DNA of 64,000 nucleotides, from positions 13,362 to 77,361 of the forward strand of contig JABIFY010000103.1 of NCBI GenBank assembly GCA_018650465.1. Reading direction: 5' to 3'. Of this stretch, positions 45,523-54,802 are shown piece after piece. The notes under the pieces are model-generated. The model did not search any database. It saw only the letters and a program-made list of their open reading frames with translations, and was not told the origin of the DNA. The position numbers were made by a program, and so were the translations under genes. Positions within the stretch are counted from its first letter, which is position 1, and each line of letters starts with the position of its first letter. The DNA is from Alphaproteobacteria bacterium (GTDB taxonomy: Bacteria; Pseudomonadota; Alphaproteobacteria; UBA2966).

Positions 45523-46065
45523 TTAACTATTCTTGAGAAGCGTGTAGTGGCTTTGAACCAACCCTGATCCAAAAGTCCGCGAACTTTGCAATTGAAGGTC
45601 AATATCCTGGTCGATCTCGCCGAACAGCCTTATGCCACTTCCGATGAGTATGGGAATGTGCGAGATCGTTATATCTTCGACAAGACCCTCTCGGATAAAG
45701 GATTGCACGATTTTCCCGCCATCAACATAAGCGCGCTTCCAACCTTCACGGTTCAATGACGACATGATGTCTTTGGGACCAAGGCGCGTCAGTTTAACGC
45801 TGTCCATCAAATCTGCCGGGATGTCTTTTTCAGACATGGACCCGCTCATCACGATAACGGGTTTTTTGTACGGCCAGTCATCGAATCCAATGACCGTTTT
45901 GAAGGATCCACTGCCCATGACCAGGCCGTCAATATTCTCCATGAAAGTGTCGTAACCGTGGTCTTCTCCCCCGGTTTTCTGCTTCATGAGCCAATCCAGG
46001 GCATGGTCAAGTCGCGCGACAAAACCATCCAGGCTGGCTGCCATAAAGACGTGTCCAGTTGTCAT
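45523..46065 (-). CDS. Dihydrofolate reductase-fold (RibD C-terminal-like) protein
   Basis: AASLDGFVA, LDWL, VMG, YVDGG, PILIGSGIRLF. GGAG before ATG 46065. Confidence 0.87.
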   Translation of the reverse strand: MTTGHVFMAASLDGFVARLDHALDWLMKQKTGGEDHGYDTFMENIDGLVMGSGSFKTVIGFDDWPYKKPVIVMSGSMSEKDIPADLMDSVKLTRLGPKDIMSSLNREGWKRAYVDGGKIVQSFIREGLVEDITISHIPILIGSGIRLFGEIDQDIDLQLQSSRTFGSGLVQSHYTLLKNS

Positions 46066-46155
46066 CTCAAACTCCAATCATCGCAGACTTCAAGATGTAT
46101 CATTTATTAGGTAATGTGTCTCCAAATCTACAAACAGGCGTGAGGCGAAACGTTC

Positions 46156-46908
46156 ATGGCGGTTAGCAAAAAAGACCAGATCAGAGCCTTGCTGAAAAGT
46201 ATTGAAACAGGTGATCCTGAACCGATCGCGGTCGTTAATGAAGCGAAGTACATTCAGCACAATCCACAAACCCAGGAGGGAAGCGAAGGCTTGGCGGCCC
46301 TCTTTAAGCGGTTGTCAAAGACATCACCACGGGTGAATGTTGTACGGGCCTTCGAGGATGGAGACTTCTTTTTTGGCCATACCGAATACGATTTTGCCAG
46401 CCGGAAAATTGGCTTTGAAGTTTTCCGGTTTGAAGATGGCCAGGCTGTGGAGCATTGGGACAATATTCAGGAACGCCAGGATCCGAACCCATCCGGCCGA
46501 AGCATGGTAGACGGGCCAACCGAGGCGGTTGATCATGAACTGACGACAAGCAATCGCGCTGTGGTTCGTTCGTTCGTTGAAACAGTGCTTGTTGAAGGCC
46601 AAATTGAGCGAATCACGGAATTTGTGAATGAAGGTGATTACGCCGAGCACAATCCAGGGCTAGGCGATGGTGTCACGGCGCTTAAAACCGCTTTGCAAGG
46701 CGACGGCCAGATCGATTACAACCAGGTCCACCGTGTTCTGGCCGAAGGAAATTTCGTTCTTTCCCTTAGTGAAGGCCGGTCCAAAGGCATGCATTCGGCT
46801 TTCTATGATCTGTTTCGCATCGAAGGCGGCAAGATTGTGGAGCACTGGGATACCACCGAAAAGATCGCGCCCCCTGAGATGTGGAAAAACAATAACGGCA
46901 AGTTTTGA
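46156..46908 (+). CDS. Tandem SnoaL/NTF2-like protein
   Basis: Two repeats, each with Y.(Q/E)HNP and FR.E.G..VEHWD. Confidence 0.87.
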   Translation: MAVSKKDQIRALLKSIETGDPEPIAVVNEAKYIQHNPQTQEGSEGLAALFKRLSKTSPRVNVVRAFEDGDFFFGHTEYDFASRKIGFEVFRFEDGQAVEHWDNIQERQDPNPSGRSMVDGPTEAVDHELTTSNRAVVRSFVETVLVEGQIERITEFVNEGDYAEHNPGLGDGVTALKTALQGDGQIDYNQVHRVLAEGNFVLSLSEGRSKGMHSAFYDLFRIEGGKIVEHWDTTEKIAPPEMWKNNNGKF

Positions 46909-46997
46909 TCTATTCGCTCAAACAGACCAATGGCCTGTCGATCGACTTTTCAGGCTGAACCAAAAACGGTAACTTTCATTTTCTCGTCGCTAATTTA

Positions 46998-47041
46998 TTT
47001 GACACGCTGTCAAACACGCGTTACTTTACATGATGTCAAGT
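46998..47041 (+). promoter_or_regulatory. Sigma70 promoter overlapped by two palindromic operators (probable TetR autoregulation)
   Basis: TTGACA (46999)-N17-TACTTT (47022). Palindromes TTTGACA-cgc-TGTCAAA (46998-47014) and TTTACA-tga-TGTCAA (47025-47039). Confidence 0.75.
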
Positions 47042-47650
47042 AAAAATACACCAACCCGAACAAAAATCCTTCAGGCCTCGCTGGAACTTCTGGAAGCCGG
47101 TCAGGGGGCTGAAGTCCGGATGTCCGATATCGCCAAACGGGCGGGCATTTCCCGCCAGGCGCTGTATCTTCATTTTGCCACGCGCACAGAATTGCTGGTG
47201 GAAACCACCTTGTTTGTGGATGACCTGAAGGGGGCTGACAAACGCCTCGCACCAAGCCGCGCGGCAAAGACCGGCATTGAACGGCTTGAGGCGTTCGTGG
47301 AAGCATGGGGGGGCTACATGCCGGAAATCTACGGGGTCGGCAGGCCAATGATGGCCATGATGGATACGGATGAAGAGGCCGCCAAAGCCTGGAACCAGCG
47401 CATGTGGGATGTTCGGGAAGGCTGCGAAGCGGCCATCAAAGCCCTGAAAGCCGATCAAACCCTGTCGCCGGTTTATTCGGTCAATCAGGCCACTGATCTG
47501 TTGTGGACTCTGCTTTCCGTTCGCAGCTGGGAACAGCTCACCCAACAGTGTGGTTGGTCGCAAAAAAAATATATCAAGAGCATGAAAACCCTGGCGCACA
47601 ATACCTTTGTGGTCGCCGGGACGAACTTGTCACAAGGAAAATCAAAATGA
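47033..47650 (+). CDS. TetR/AcrR family transcriptional regulator
   Basis: N-terminal HTH TR.KIL...IAKRAGISRQALYLHF. Start is 47030 or 47033. Confidence 0.92.
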   Translation: MSSKNTPTRTKILQASLELLEAGQGAEVRMSDIAKRAGISRQALYLHFATRTELLVETTLFVDDLKGADKRLAPSRAAKTGIERLEAFVEAWGGYMPEIYGVGRPMMAMMDTDEEAAKAWNQRMWDVREGCEAAIKALKADQTLSPVYSVNQATDLLWTLLSVRSWEQLTQQCGWSQKKYIKSMKTLAHNTFVVAGTNLSQGKSK

Positions 47651-48198
47651 TTTGGCTGGGAATTATCCTGTTTTTCGGGCTTCACATCATGCCGTCTGTG
47701 CTCAATGTGCGCGCCAATTTGATCGCTCGAATGGGCGAAAAACCCTACAAAGGGGTCTATGCCTTGTTGTCCCTGGCCGGGATCGTTCTGATGGCCATGG
47801 GCTATGGCAACGTGGACTATGTTGAACTGTGGCCAACCCCAACCGGGGCCAACCATCTGGCGATGGCGGTCATGCCCTTTGTTTGCATTCTATGGGTGTC
47901 CGCCGAAATGAAAGGCCACATTCGCAAAAAGACCAGACACCCCATGTTGCTGGGCATGGTGCTGTGGGGCGTGGTGCACTTGATCAACAACGGCGATCTG
48001 GCTTCAGTTTCATTGTTCGGCGCGTTCTTGCTCTATTCCCTGTTCGCCATTGTTTCGGCCAACCGGCGCGGCAAAATTCCGTCTTACGAGGTCACCGGCG
48101 GCAGCCACGATGCCAAGGCCGTGGTAATCGGTATTGTGATGTTCGCCGCCATACTTTGGGGCCACGAATTCCTGTTCGGCGTCGCTCCCGGTTTTTGA
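47647..48198 (+). CDS. NnrU family membrane protein
   Basis: LG..LF.G.H, Y...Y.L.SL.G, RHPML.G..LW...HL..NGD. ATG overlaps the TetR stop. Confidence 0.85.
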   Translation: MIWLGIILFFGLHIMPSVLNVRANLIARMGEKPYKGVYALLSLAGIVLMAMGYGNVDYVELWPTPTGANHLAMAVMPFVCILWVSAEMKGHIRKKTRHPMLLGMVLWGVVHLINNGDLASVSLFGAFLLYSLFAIVSANRRGKIPSYEVTGGSHDAKAVVIGIVMFAAILWGHEFLFGVAPGF

Positions 48199-48269
48199 AC
48201 CCTGAAGTTGTCGTTGGGAGGCTTGATTAAGGTCAATAGGCTTCTCTGCAATTCAAGTATTCTATCCGT

Positions 48270-49010
48270 TTGAATTGTGGTCTCACGAAAGTAAGCTTTT
48301 CAGTGGTTTTGCGGAAACATATCCAGGGCTTTTTTCAGGTTCAAACATCGACCGTTAGTCTTGTTGAACGTTTGATATCTGTTGTCGGCGGTTTTGTCGG
48401 CATTTTTTGCGTCATGATGATCAGTTCCATTTTCATGGACGGAGTTTCCGCTGTGTTCGTCGTGGCCTCTATGGGCGCGTCGGCTGTGTTACTTTTCGCC
48501 GTGCCACACAGTACATTTTCCCAGCCCTGGCCTTTGTTGGCAGGCCATCTAGTGTCCGCAGTGATCGGCGTGGCTTGCGCAAAATTCGTGCCCGAACCAA
48601 TGATTGCGGCGCCAATGGCGGTTGCCATGGCAATCGGTCTCATGCATTTCCTTGGATGCATTCATCCGCCGGGCGGTGCAACGGCGCTGGTGGCCGTTAT
48701 CGGCGGTGACGCGATCAGGTCGATGGGTTTTGAGTTTGTGCTGTATCCCGTTTTGATCAATGCCGTGATCATCCTGGCCGTTGCGGTGGTGTTCAATTTC
48801 CCGCTAGCCTGGCGGCGATACCCGGCCAGCCGCACAACCAAGCCAGCCGCGTCGATAAGTCCGGCAGATACCTATTCCGATATCACCCATGCCGATTTTG
48901 TTGCCGCCCTTGCCAAAATAGATTCGGTCATCGACGTCTCGGAACACGACCTCGTGGAAATCTATGATCTTGTCACCAAAAGCAAACTTGAACGCAAATC
49001 TCACGAATGA
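48270..49010 (+). CDS. HPP family membrane protein
   Basis: SMGASAVLLFAVP.S..SQPW, IHPPGGA.AL. Start uncertain (TTG). Confidence 0.87.
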   Translation: MNCGLTKVSFSVVLRKHIQGFFQVQTSTVSLVERLISVVGGFVGIFCVMMISSIFMDGVSAVFVVASMGASAVLLFAVPHSTFSQPWPLLAGHLVSAVIGVACAKFVPEPMIAAPMAVAMAIGLMHFLGCIHPPGGATALVAVIGGDAIRSMGFEFVLYPVLINAVIILAVAVVFNFPLAWRRYPASRTTKPAASISPADTYSDITHADFVAALAKIDSVIDVSEHDLVEIYDLVTKSKLERKSHE

Positions 49011-49029
49011 TGCTCTCGCTATTCCGGGC

Positions 49030-49392
49030 CTATTTTTCCGGTAGGGGTCCAAAGAAGCCGATGACGCGGATGACAAGACCTGCCTGGTCGGTTTCCGTGA
49101 CGTCAAAACCCGGCACGATCAGCGCGCCATTTTGATGGATCGCCCAGTGATAGCGATGGAAACCATGTTGTGAATCAACGCCGCTTGTCCGGATGTACTG
49201 TGCTCCCGGCAGCCTGGCTTGTACCTCAAGCACATTCTTCTCAAAACCATCAATGCCGGTGACATCAATTGACGGATCAACAAACCGGACGCTGTTTGTC
49301 AGGGCCAGTTCGAGATGTCCGCGCACCAACGACGCATCGCCCTCGTTCCAGGCGGCGAGCATATGATCCAAACTAACCGGGTAATCCGACAT
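49030..49392 (-). CDS. SnoaL/NTF2-like small protein
   Basis: AAWNE.D, F.DP, W, G.D, V.GFFG pattern. GGAG before ATG 49392. Confidence 0.78.
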   Translation of the reverse strand: MSDYPVSLDHMLAAWNEGDASLVRGHLELALTNSVRFVDPSIDVTGIDGFEKNVLEVQARLPGAQYIRTSGVDSQHGFHRYHWAIHQNGALIVPGFDVTETDQAGLVIRVIGFFGPLPEK

Positions 49393-49410
49393 CGGCTCCT
49401 CCAACAGTAA

Positions 49411-49977
49411 TTATTCAGGCGCGTCTTTTCCTGTGATGAATTCGTAAGACCCCCGCACGAGCTGAAAAACCGTCTCCATTTCAGCCATCGTCCTCGGCGT
49501 ATAAATCATCACGAAGCCCTCCCACCCCGGCCGTGTCTTGGCCCAGGGGTGCGCAATGGCCCAACCCGCCTCCACGGCACGGGCGGCAAGGCCAGGCGAC
49601 AGGGAGATATGAAGGCTGCCGTCCGGATGTATATGCCCAAACTCCCGCCCCTTGACGATGACCTCCGGGTGGGCCGTGGGGATGCTTTCATCCAGCCAGA
49701 ACCCTAAGGCACCGGCCATCGAGACAATAGTATCACGGATCGACACCCCCGGCATGTCCTCAACCCGGCGCAACAACGCCGCCGAAACCTCCGGCACCGC
49801 CTCAACCCCCACCTGGATATGCGGCACATGTTTCGAAGTATAAGGCGCGGGGCCGGATCGGACGGGCAGGGTGTCGGATGCCGCAAAAGCTGGGAATGAT
49901 GCCAGAATGGTCGCGCCGAGCATGATCAACATGCCGGCCAGCAAAAACCTGCCTGTGGTCCTAAAATTCATTTTCAT
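49411..49977 (-). CDS. Luciferase-domain (DUF5519-like) protein with putative signal peptide
   Basis: LP.R.G..P.T...PH.Q, EFGHIHPDGSLH..L, GWA..HP, M.Y.PR...E. Start approximate. Confidence 0.7.
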   Translation of the reverse strand: MKMNFRTTGRFLLAGMLIMLGATILASFPAFAASDTLPVRSGPAPYTSKHVPHIQVGVEAVPEVSAALLRRVEDMPGVSIRDTIVSMAGALGFWLDESIPTAHPEVIVKGREFGHIHPDGSLHISLSPGLAARAVEAGWAIAHPWAKTRPGWEGFVMIYTPRTMAEMETVFQLVRGSYEFITGKDAPE

Positions 49978-50215
49978 GACTTCACTCACTGAATTGTCCG
50001 TTTTGACCATGATGATGGTTTTCAAATTCCTCTGCCCTGGCAAACATGGGAACAGCTTCATTTCATTTGTACCGAAATCAAAAAAATTTGAACCTGGCGA
50101 TTATCTTGTGTTTGTTTCGAATTGATGGAAAACCCTCCTCTATTAATCTCTTCCAATTCGCGTTATTCTATTGATACAACGGGTCTTTTTACTATCGACC
50201 GGAAAGGACAGAAAA

Positions 50216-51841
50216 TTGCAATCACCTCTTGATGCATCAGCAAATACTGTCGCTGAACTATTTTCAAAATCAACATTCGTAATTCCTCAATATCAACGTG
50301 AGTATTCATGGCGGGCTGATGAGGTCGAAGATTTTTGGACGGATCTCCAGAACACCTTGGATTTAGATAATTATTTTCTAGGATTGATAATTCTTACTGA
50401 TGACAACGGCGAGAAGCATGTTGTTGATGGACAGCAGCGTATCGTAACGCTCACATTGTTAGCCAATGCAATCTATCATGAAGCAATCGCTCGTAATCGA
50501 AAAGCGTTGGCAGATAGAATTTGGGCGGATTTTTTAAGATCAATCGATTATGAGACGGACGACATAAACCCTCGAGTTGTATTAGCAGATCAGACAGATA
50601 ATGATACTTTTCAGCAGATAATAGAGACGGGGGAAGTACCTGAAAACATAAAAGACACAGAATCGGTCTCTTATCTAATTGCCAATTCATATAAGGTGCT
50701 GAAAGAATTCTTGGCCTCGGACCTCAAGTCCGACCCTTTCAAAAGACTAGGCAAGTGGACGGAGTTTTTAACAAATCGAGTCTATTTTGCCGTTTTTGTG
50801 CACCCTGACGCAGCTACTGCATATAAGGTCTTCGAAATTATCAATACTCGAGGGCGTGGACTAACAACGGCAGATCTTCTCAAGAACTACGTTCTTGGCC
50901 AAACCCCCAAAATGCAGCGGGACGAAATCTACAAACGTTGGCGTGATATGGCAAAATCCTTCACTGTTGAAGGCTCAAGCAACGTATTTGTTCAGTTTAT
51001 TAGACACGCAGTGACCGTCGGAAGTGGACACATTCTCCCACAAGAATTATTTGGATTCCTTGCTCAGCGGCAGCGGTATTCAAGGAAATCACCGCCAGTC
51101 CCACTGGCCTTGGTCGACACATTAGAGGGTTTTCACTCTCTTTATTTGCAAATGATTGACCCAACAATATCGGGCCCAGCAGAAGGTTATGCTCTAAGGG
51201 TCTTCGAAGCCTTAAATGAAATTGGCGTTATCGCGGTTCGGCCTATTTTGTTGGCGCTTAATGGACAACAAGAAAATGAAAAAGGTTGTGATTATATCCT
51301 TCGTTTGGTTGTCAGAAGAATTGTTGTTGGAAGCCTGGGTACAGGTAATATCGAACGGCGGTTTTCTGAGGCGGCTCGCGATGTCCACGAAACCGGCAAT
51401 TGGACGGTGCTACAAGATAGTTTGGATGACTTGAATCCGTCTCGCGATGATTTCGTCAATCGCTTGTCAAGCAGGACGATCAACAAAGCCACATTAACGT
51501 TTCTCCGCCGGTCAATTCTTCAAGGTTCGGTAACTCCAGAACCGCAGGGCACTTTACATCTGATATGGCCCAGAAATACAGATAGTTGGGACGGAATGGA
51601 CGTTGAGACCGACTTGAAATGGGTATCCACAGTTGGTAATACGATTTTATCTGATTTGCATAAGCGGCCGAAAGAAGCCTCAATCGATTTCCAAAATTTC
51701 AAATACAGTCTTCTAGAAAATGGGGTCGATAATGAGTGGGCTGAGCAGATCAATCAAAGAGATGACTGGACAGCTGTCGAAATTCAAAAATTGGGCGAAG
51801 AGCTTGCTGAATCTGCAGGAGACCTTTGGTATGGCGGGTAG
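50216..51841 (+). CDS. DUF262 (GmrS/ParB-Srx-like) protein with degenerate DUF1524/HNH-like C-terminus
   Basis: IPQYQREYSW, FLG, VVDGQQR..T, FEIINTRG..L...DL.KN. C-terminal 'TLHLIWP...VGNT...WT...I...LA....W'. TTG 50216 follows AAGGA. Confidence 0.87.
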   Translation: MQSPLDASANTVAELFSKSTFVIPQYQREYSWRADEVEDFWTDLQNTLDLDNYFLGLIILTDDNGEKHVVDGQQRIVTLTLLANAIYHEAIARNRKALADRIWADFLRSIDYETDDINPRVVLADQTDNDTFQQIIETGEVPENIKDTESVSYLIANSYKVLKEFLASDLKSDPFKRLGKWTEFLTNRVYFAVFVHPDAATAYKVFEIINTRGRGLTTADLLKNYVLGQTPKMQRDEIYKRWRDMAKSFTVEGSSNVFVQFIRHAVTVGSGHILPQELFGFLAQRQRYSRKSPPVPLALVDTLEGFHSLYLQMIDPTISGPAEGYALRVFEALNEIGVIAVRPILLALNGQQENEKGCDYILRLVVRRIVVGSLGTGNIERRFSEAARDVHETGNWTVLQDSLDDLNPSRDDFVNRLSSRTINKATLTFLRRSILQGSVTPEPQGTLHLIWPRNTDSWDGMDVETDLKWVSTVGNTILSDLHKRPKEASIDFQNFKYSLLENGVDNEWAEQINQRDDWTAVEIQKLGEELAESAGDLWYGG

Positions 51842-52661
51842 TCCTGACGCCGACTTAGACGACGGATCCGATTTCACACGACTAATAAAAGTGCTTAACC
51901 GTGAGGAAAACATAGATGCGCTTTCGCCGTTGATCGCTGCGATTGGCGACGAGGCTGAAGAAATTGAATTTTCCAATACAGCTATTGGTATCGATACGAA
52001 TATCTTACTGAAGTTATCGAAAAGAAAAGAAGCTGAGGATGTTTTCGACTATTTGGGATCAAACCATCAGCCTCCATTGATACTACCAGGCCAAGCTGTT
52101 CAAGAATTTTGGAATAACCAGCTTAACGCGATCCAAACTCGAGCCGATAAGCTTGCTAGAAAATTTGAAGATTTCTCAGATGAACTGGATAAATTTGGCG
52201 AAGATTTTGGAGACTTTGCGCCAGTGATTAAAGAGAAATTGAATGTTTTCTCAGCGGAACATGGTCACATTTTTGATAAAGCGACAATTCACAAAACACT
52301 TAAGCTATTGGAAGTCTTAAAAGAAAAATCGTCAGTGCCATTTGTGCCTAGAAGCGCATTCAAGGAAATCGTAGAAATAAGGTTTAGCACCAAAACGCCA
52401 CCGGGATTTAAAGATGACGGAGACGGGGATTTTTTTATTTGGGCTGATTTCCTCTATGGCTTGAAGGCAGCACAATCAGAAGGAACGAATTTCACTCGGG
52501 CCGTTCTCGTAACTGATGACAAGAAACCTGATTGGAGCCGAAAGGGAAGGGCACATCCAATTCTTGTTTCGGAGGCACAGGCCTATTTAGGTGTGCCATT
52601 TGAGTTATGGTCGCAAGACAAACTAATAGCTGAAGTGGAAAAGTCCACGTCGAGTGAATAA
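51831..52661 (+). CDS. PIN-like domain nuclease (PIN_8/DUF4935-like)
   Basis: IDTNILL, PGQAVQEF..N, PPGFKD..GDFFIW, VTDDKKPDW; acidic residues intact. AGGAG then ATG 51831, overlapping the upstream gene by 11 nt. Confidence 0.82.
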   Translation: MAGSPDADLDDGSDFTRLIKVLNREENIDALSPLIAAIGDEAEEIEFSNTAIGIDTNILLKLSKRKEAEDVFDYLGSNHQPPLILPGQAVQEFWNNQLNAIQTRADKLARKFEDFSDELDKFGEDFGDFAPVIKEKLNVFSAEHGHIFDKATIHKTLKLLEVLKEKSSVPFVPRSAFKEIVEIRFSTKTPPGFKDDGDGDFFIWADFLYGLKAAQSEGTNFTRAVLVTDDKKPDWSRKGRAHPILVSEAQAYLGVPFELWSQDKLIAEVEKSTSSE

Positions 52662-52799
52662 CCCTTGACTAGTCTTATATTTATTCTTGGACAGGGCGAA
52701 ACCGAATGCAATTTCCTTTCCCCATTGTTTTCAAAATGTGTCCATGAACAAAACAAGGACCTAGCAGAATACACAGAATCTTTGAATTAGTTGGTTGTA

Positions 52800-52847
52800 G
52801 GGACACGATTCTTTTTCGAAGTGGAAAAAGTCATGTCCCCGTAATTC
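52800..52847. repeat. Imperfect palindrome (GGGACACGA...TCATGTCCCC-GTAATT) at the right edge of the AT-rich cassette
   Basis: GGGACACGA (52800-08) pairs with TCATGTCCC (52831-39) with one mismatch. CTTTTTC pairs with GAAAAAG. Confidence 0.55.
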
Positions 52848-52868
52848 TGTGTAAAGGAACAGCAAAGA

Positions 52869-52900
52869 CGTGGGTACTCGGGTCAAGCCCGAGCATGACG
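52869..52900. repeat. Single right arm of the ~90-bp palindromic repeat family
   Basis: CGTGGGTACTCGGG-TCAAG-CCCGAGCATGACG has the same TGG...TCAAG...TGAC layout as the right arms at 54865-54894 and 58020-58048. Confidence 0.7.
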
Positions 52901-52903
52901 GGG

Positions 52904-53113
52904 TTATTGCTGTTCCAAAACCGTCTTCAAGACATAAACCCGGATAGCACTCGACAGATTTCCGTCGCGGGCCTCGTCGATTTGGGCGACGAGGTCGTTG
53001 AGGGCGCGGCCTTGTGATTTGGCGATCTGGCGCAGGGCGTTCCAGAATTCGTCTTCCAGGGTGACGCTGGTTTGGTGGCCGGCGATGTCGAGGGAATGTT
53101 TTTTCAGGGCCAT
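52904..53113 (-). CDS. Ribbon-helix-helix domain protein (RHH_4-like)
   Basis: KHS..IAGH.TSV.LE..FW..L..IA...NLSSAIRVYVL. GGAG-like context downstream of fumarase. Confidence 0.88.
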   Translation of the reverse strand: MALKKHSLDIAGHQTSVTLEDEFWNALRQIAKSQGRALNDLVAQIDEARDGNLSSAIRVYVLKTVLEQQ

Positions 53114-53134
53114 TGGAGATCAGGCGTCCCTAAA

Positions 53135-54763
53135 TCAAAGATCAATAAAGAAATCATTGCCTTTGTCATCGACGATGATGAAGGCCGGGAAATCTTTGAC
53201 TTCGATTTTCCAGATGGCTTCCATGCCCAGTTCCGGGTATTCCAGCACTTCGACTTTGGTGATGCAGTTTTGTGCCAGGATCGCGGCCTCGCCGCCGATG
53301 GAGCCGAGGTAAAATCCGCCGTATTTTTTGCAGGCTTCGCGCACTTGTGGGCTGCGGTTGCCCTTGGCCAGCATGACCATGGAGCCGCCCGCGGCCTGGA
53401 ACTGGTCGACGTAACTGTCCATGCGGCCCGCGGTGGTGGGGCCAAACGATCCGGACGCCATGCCGTCGGGGGTTTTGGCGGGACCGGCGTAATAGATCGG
53501 GTGGTCCTTCATATATTGCGGCAGGCCTTCGCCGGCATCCAGGCGTTCTTTCAGCTTGGCGTGGGCGATGTCGCGGCCCACGATCAGGGTGCCGGTTAAC
53601 GACAGGCGCGTCTTGATGGGGTGTTTTGTCAGCTCGGCCCGGATGGCGTCCATGGGTTGGCCGAGGTCGATTTCGACGACGTCGCCGCCCAGGCTTTTGT
53701 CTTCGACTTCCGGCAGATATTTGGCCGGGTTGGTTTCCAGCTGTTCAATGAAGACGCCCTCGGCTGTGATCTTGCCCTTGATCTGGCGATCAGCCGAGCA
53801 CGACACACCGATACCGATGGGACAGGACGCACCGTGCCGGGGCAGGCGCACCACGCGCACATCGTGGCAGAAATATTTGCCGCCGAACTGTGCACCGATG
53901 CCGTTGGACTGGCTTAGTTTCAGAACGGTTTCTTCCATCTCCAGATCGCGAAAGGCACGGCCCAGTTTGTTGCCACTGGTGGGCAGGGCATCAAGGTATT
54001 TTGTGCTGGCGAGCTTGACGGTCTTCAGGTTCATCTCGGCCGATGTGCCACCGATGACAATGCTGAGGTGATAGGGCGGGCAAGCCGAGGTGCCGAGGGT
54101 CTTGATTTTTTCGTCGATGAAACTTTTCAGACTTTCCGGGTTCAGCACGGCTTTGGTTTGCTGGAACAAAAAAGTTTTATTGGCCGAGCCACCACCCTTG
54201 GCGATGAACAGGAATTTGTATTCATCCCCTGGTGTGGCGTAAAGATCGACCTGGGCTGGCAGGTTGTTGCCGGTATTGACCTCTTCATACATATCCAGCG
54301 GCGCCACCTGGCTGTAGCGCAGGTTGGTGTTCAAATAGGTATTGGCGATGCCCTGGCTCAGGTCTTCTTCGTCCGACCCGTCGGTCCAGACATACTGGCC
54401 CTTTTTACCCATGACGATGGCGGTGCCGGTATCCTGGCAACTGGGCAAGGCCATGCCTGCCGAGACGTTGGCGTTTTTCAATAATTCCAGGGCGACATAT
54501 TTGTCATTGTCCGAGGCTTCGTCGTCTTCCAGGATCAGCGCCAGTTGCGCAAGATGGCCTGGGCGAAACAGATGCTGGATATCCCGCATGGCTGTTTCCG
54601 CCAGCAGCGACATGGCCCGGGGCGCGATCTTCAGAACCTTTTGGCCGTCGACGTCGATGGTGCTGACGTGATCATCTGTCAGTTTGCGCCACGGTGTATC
54701 TTCCGCGCCGAGCGGGAAGATTTCCTGAAAGTCGATTTTGGAATTTTCATTTGAATCGGACAC
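53135..54763 (-). CDS. fumA: Class I (Fe-S) fumarate hydratase
   Basis: [46 protein letters not shown]. Confidence 0.94.
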   Translation of the reverse strand: MSDSNENSKIDFQEIFPLGAEDTPWRKLTDDHVSTIDVDGQKVLKIAPRAMSLLAETAMRDIQHLFRPGHLAQLALILEDDEASDNDKYVALELLKNANVSAGMALPSCQDTGTAIVMGKKGQYVWTDGSDEEDLSQGIANTYLNTNLRYSQVAPLDMYEEVNTGNNLPAQVDLYATPGDEYKFLFIAKGGGSANKTFLFQQTKAVLNPESLKSFIDEKIKTLGTSACPPYHLSIVIGGTSAEMNLKTVKLASTKYLDALPTSGNKLGRAFRDLEMEETVLKLSQSNGIGAQFGGKYFCHDVRVVRLPRHGASCPIGIGVSCSADRQIKGKITAEGVFIEQLETNPAKYLPEVEDKSLGGDVVEIDLGQPMDAIRAELTKHPIKTRLSLTGTLIVGRDIAHAKLKERLDAGEGLPQYMKDHPIYYAGPAKTPDGMASGSFGPTTAGRMDSYVDQFQAAGGSMVMLAKGNRSPQVREACKKYGGFYLGSIGGEAAILAQNCITKVEVLEYPELGMEAIWKIEVKDFPAFIIVDDKGNDFFIDL

Positions 54764-54802
54764 GGTTCTGTTCCTGTTGTGTGAGGCTAATTAATATATT
54801 TA

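Noticed and set aside
45523..46065. folA call
   Set aside because: The motifs fit the RibD C-terminal-like DHFR-fold family rather than canonical FolA.
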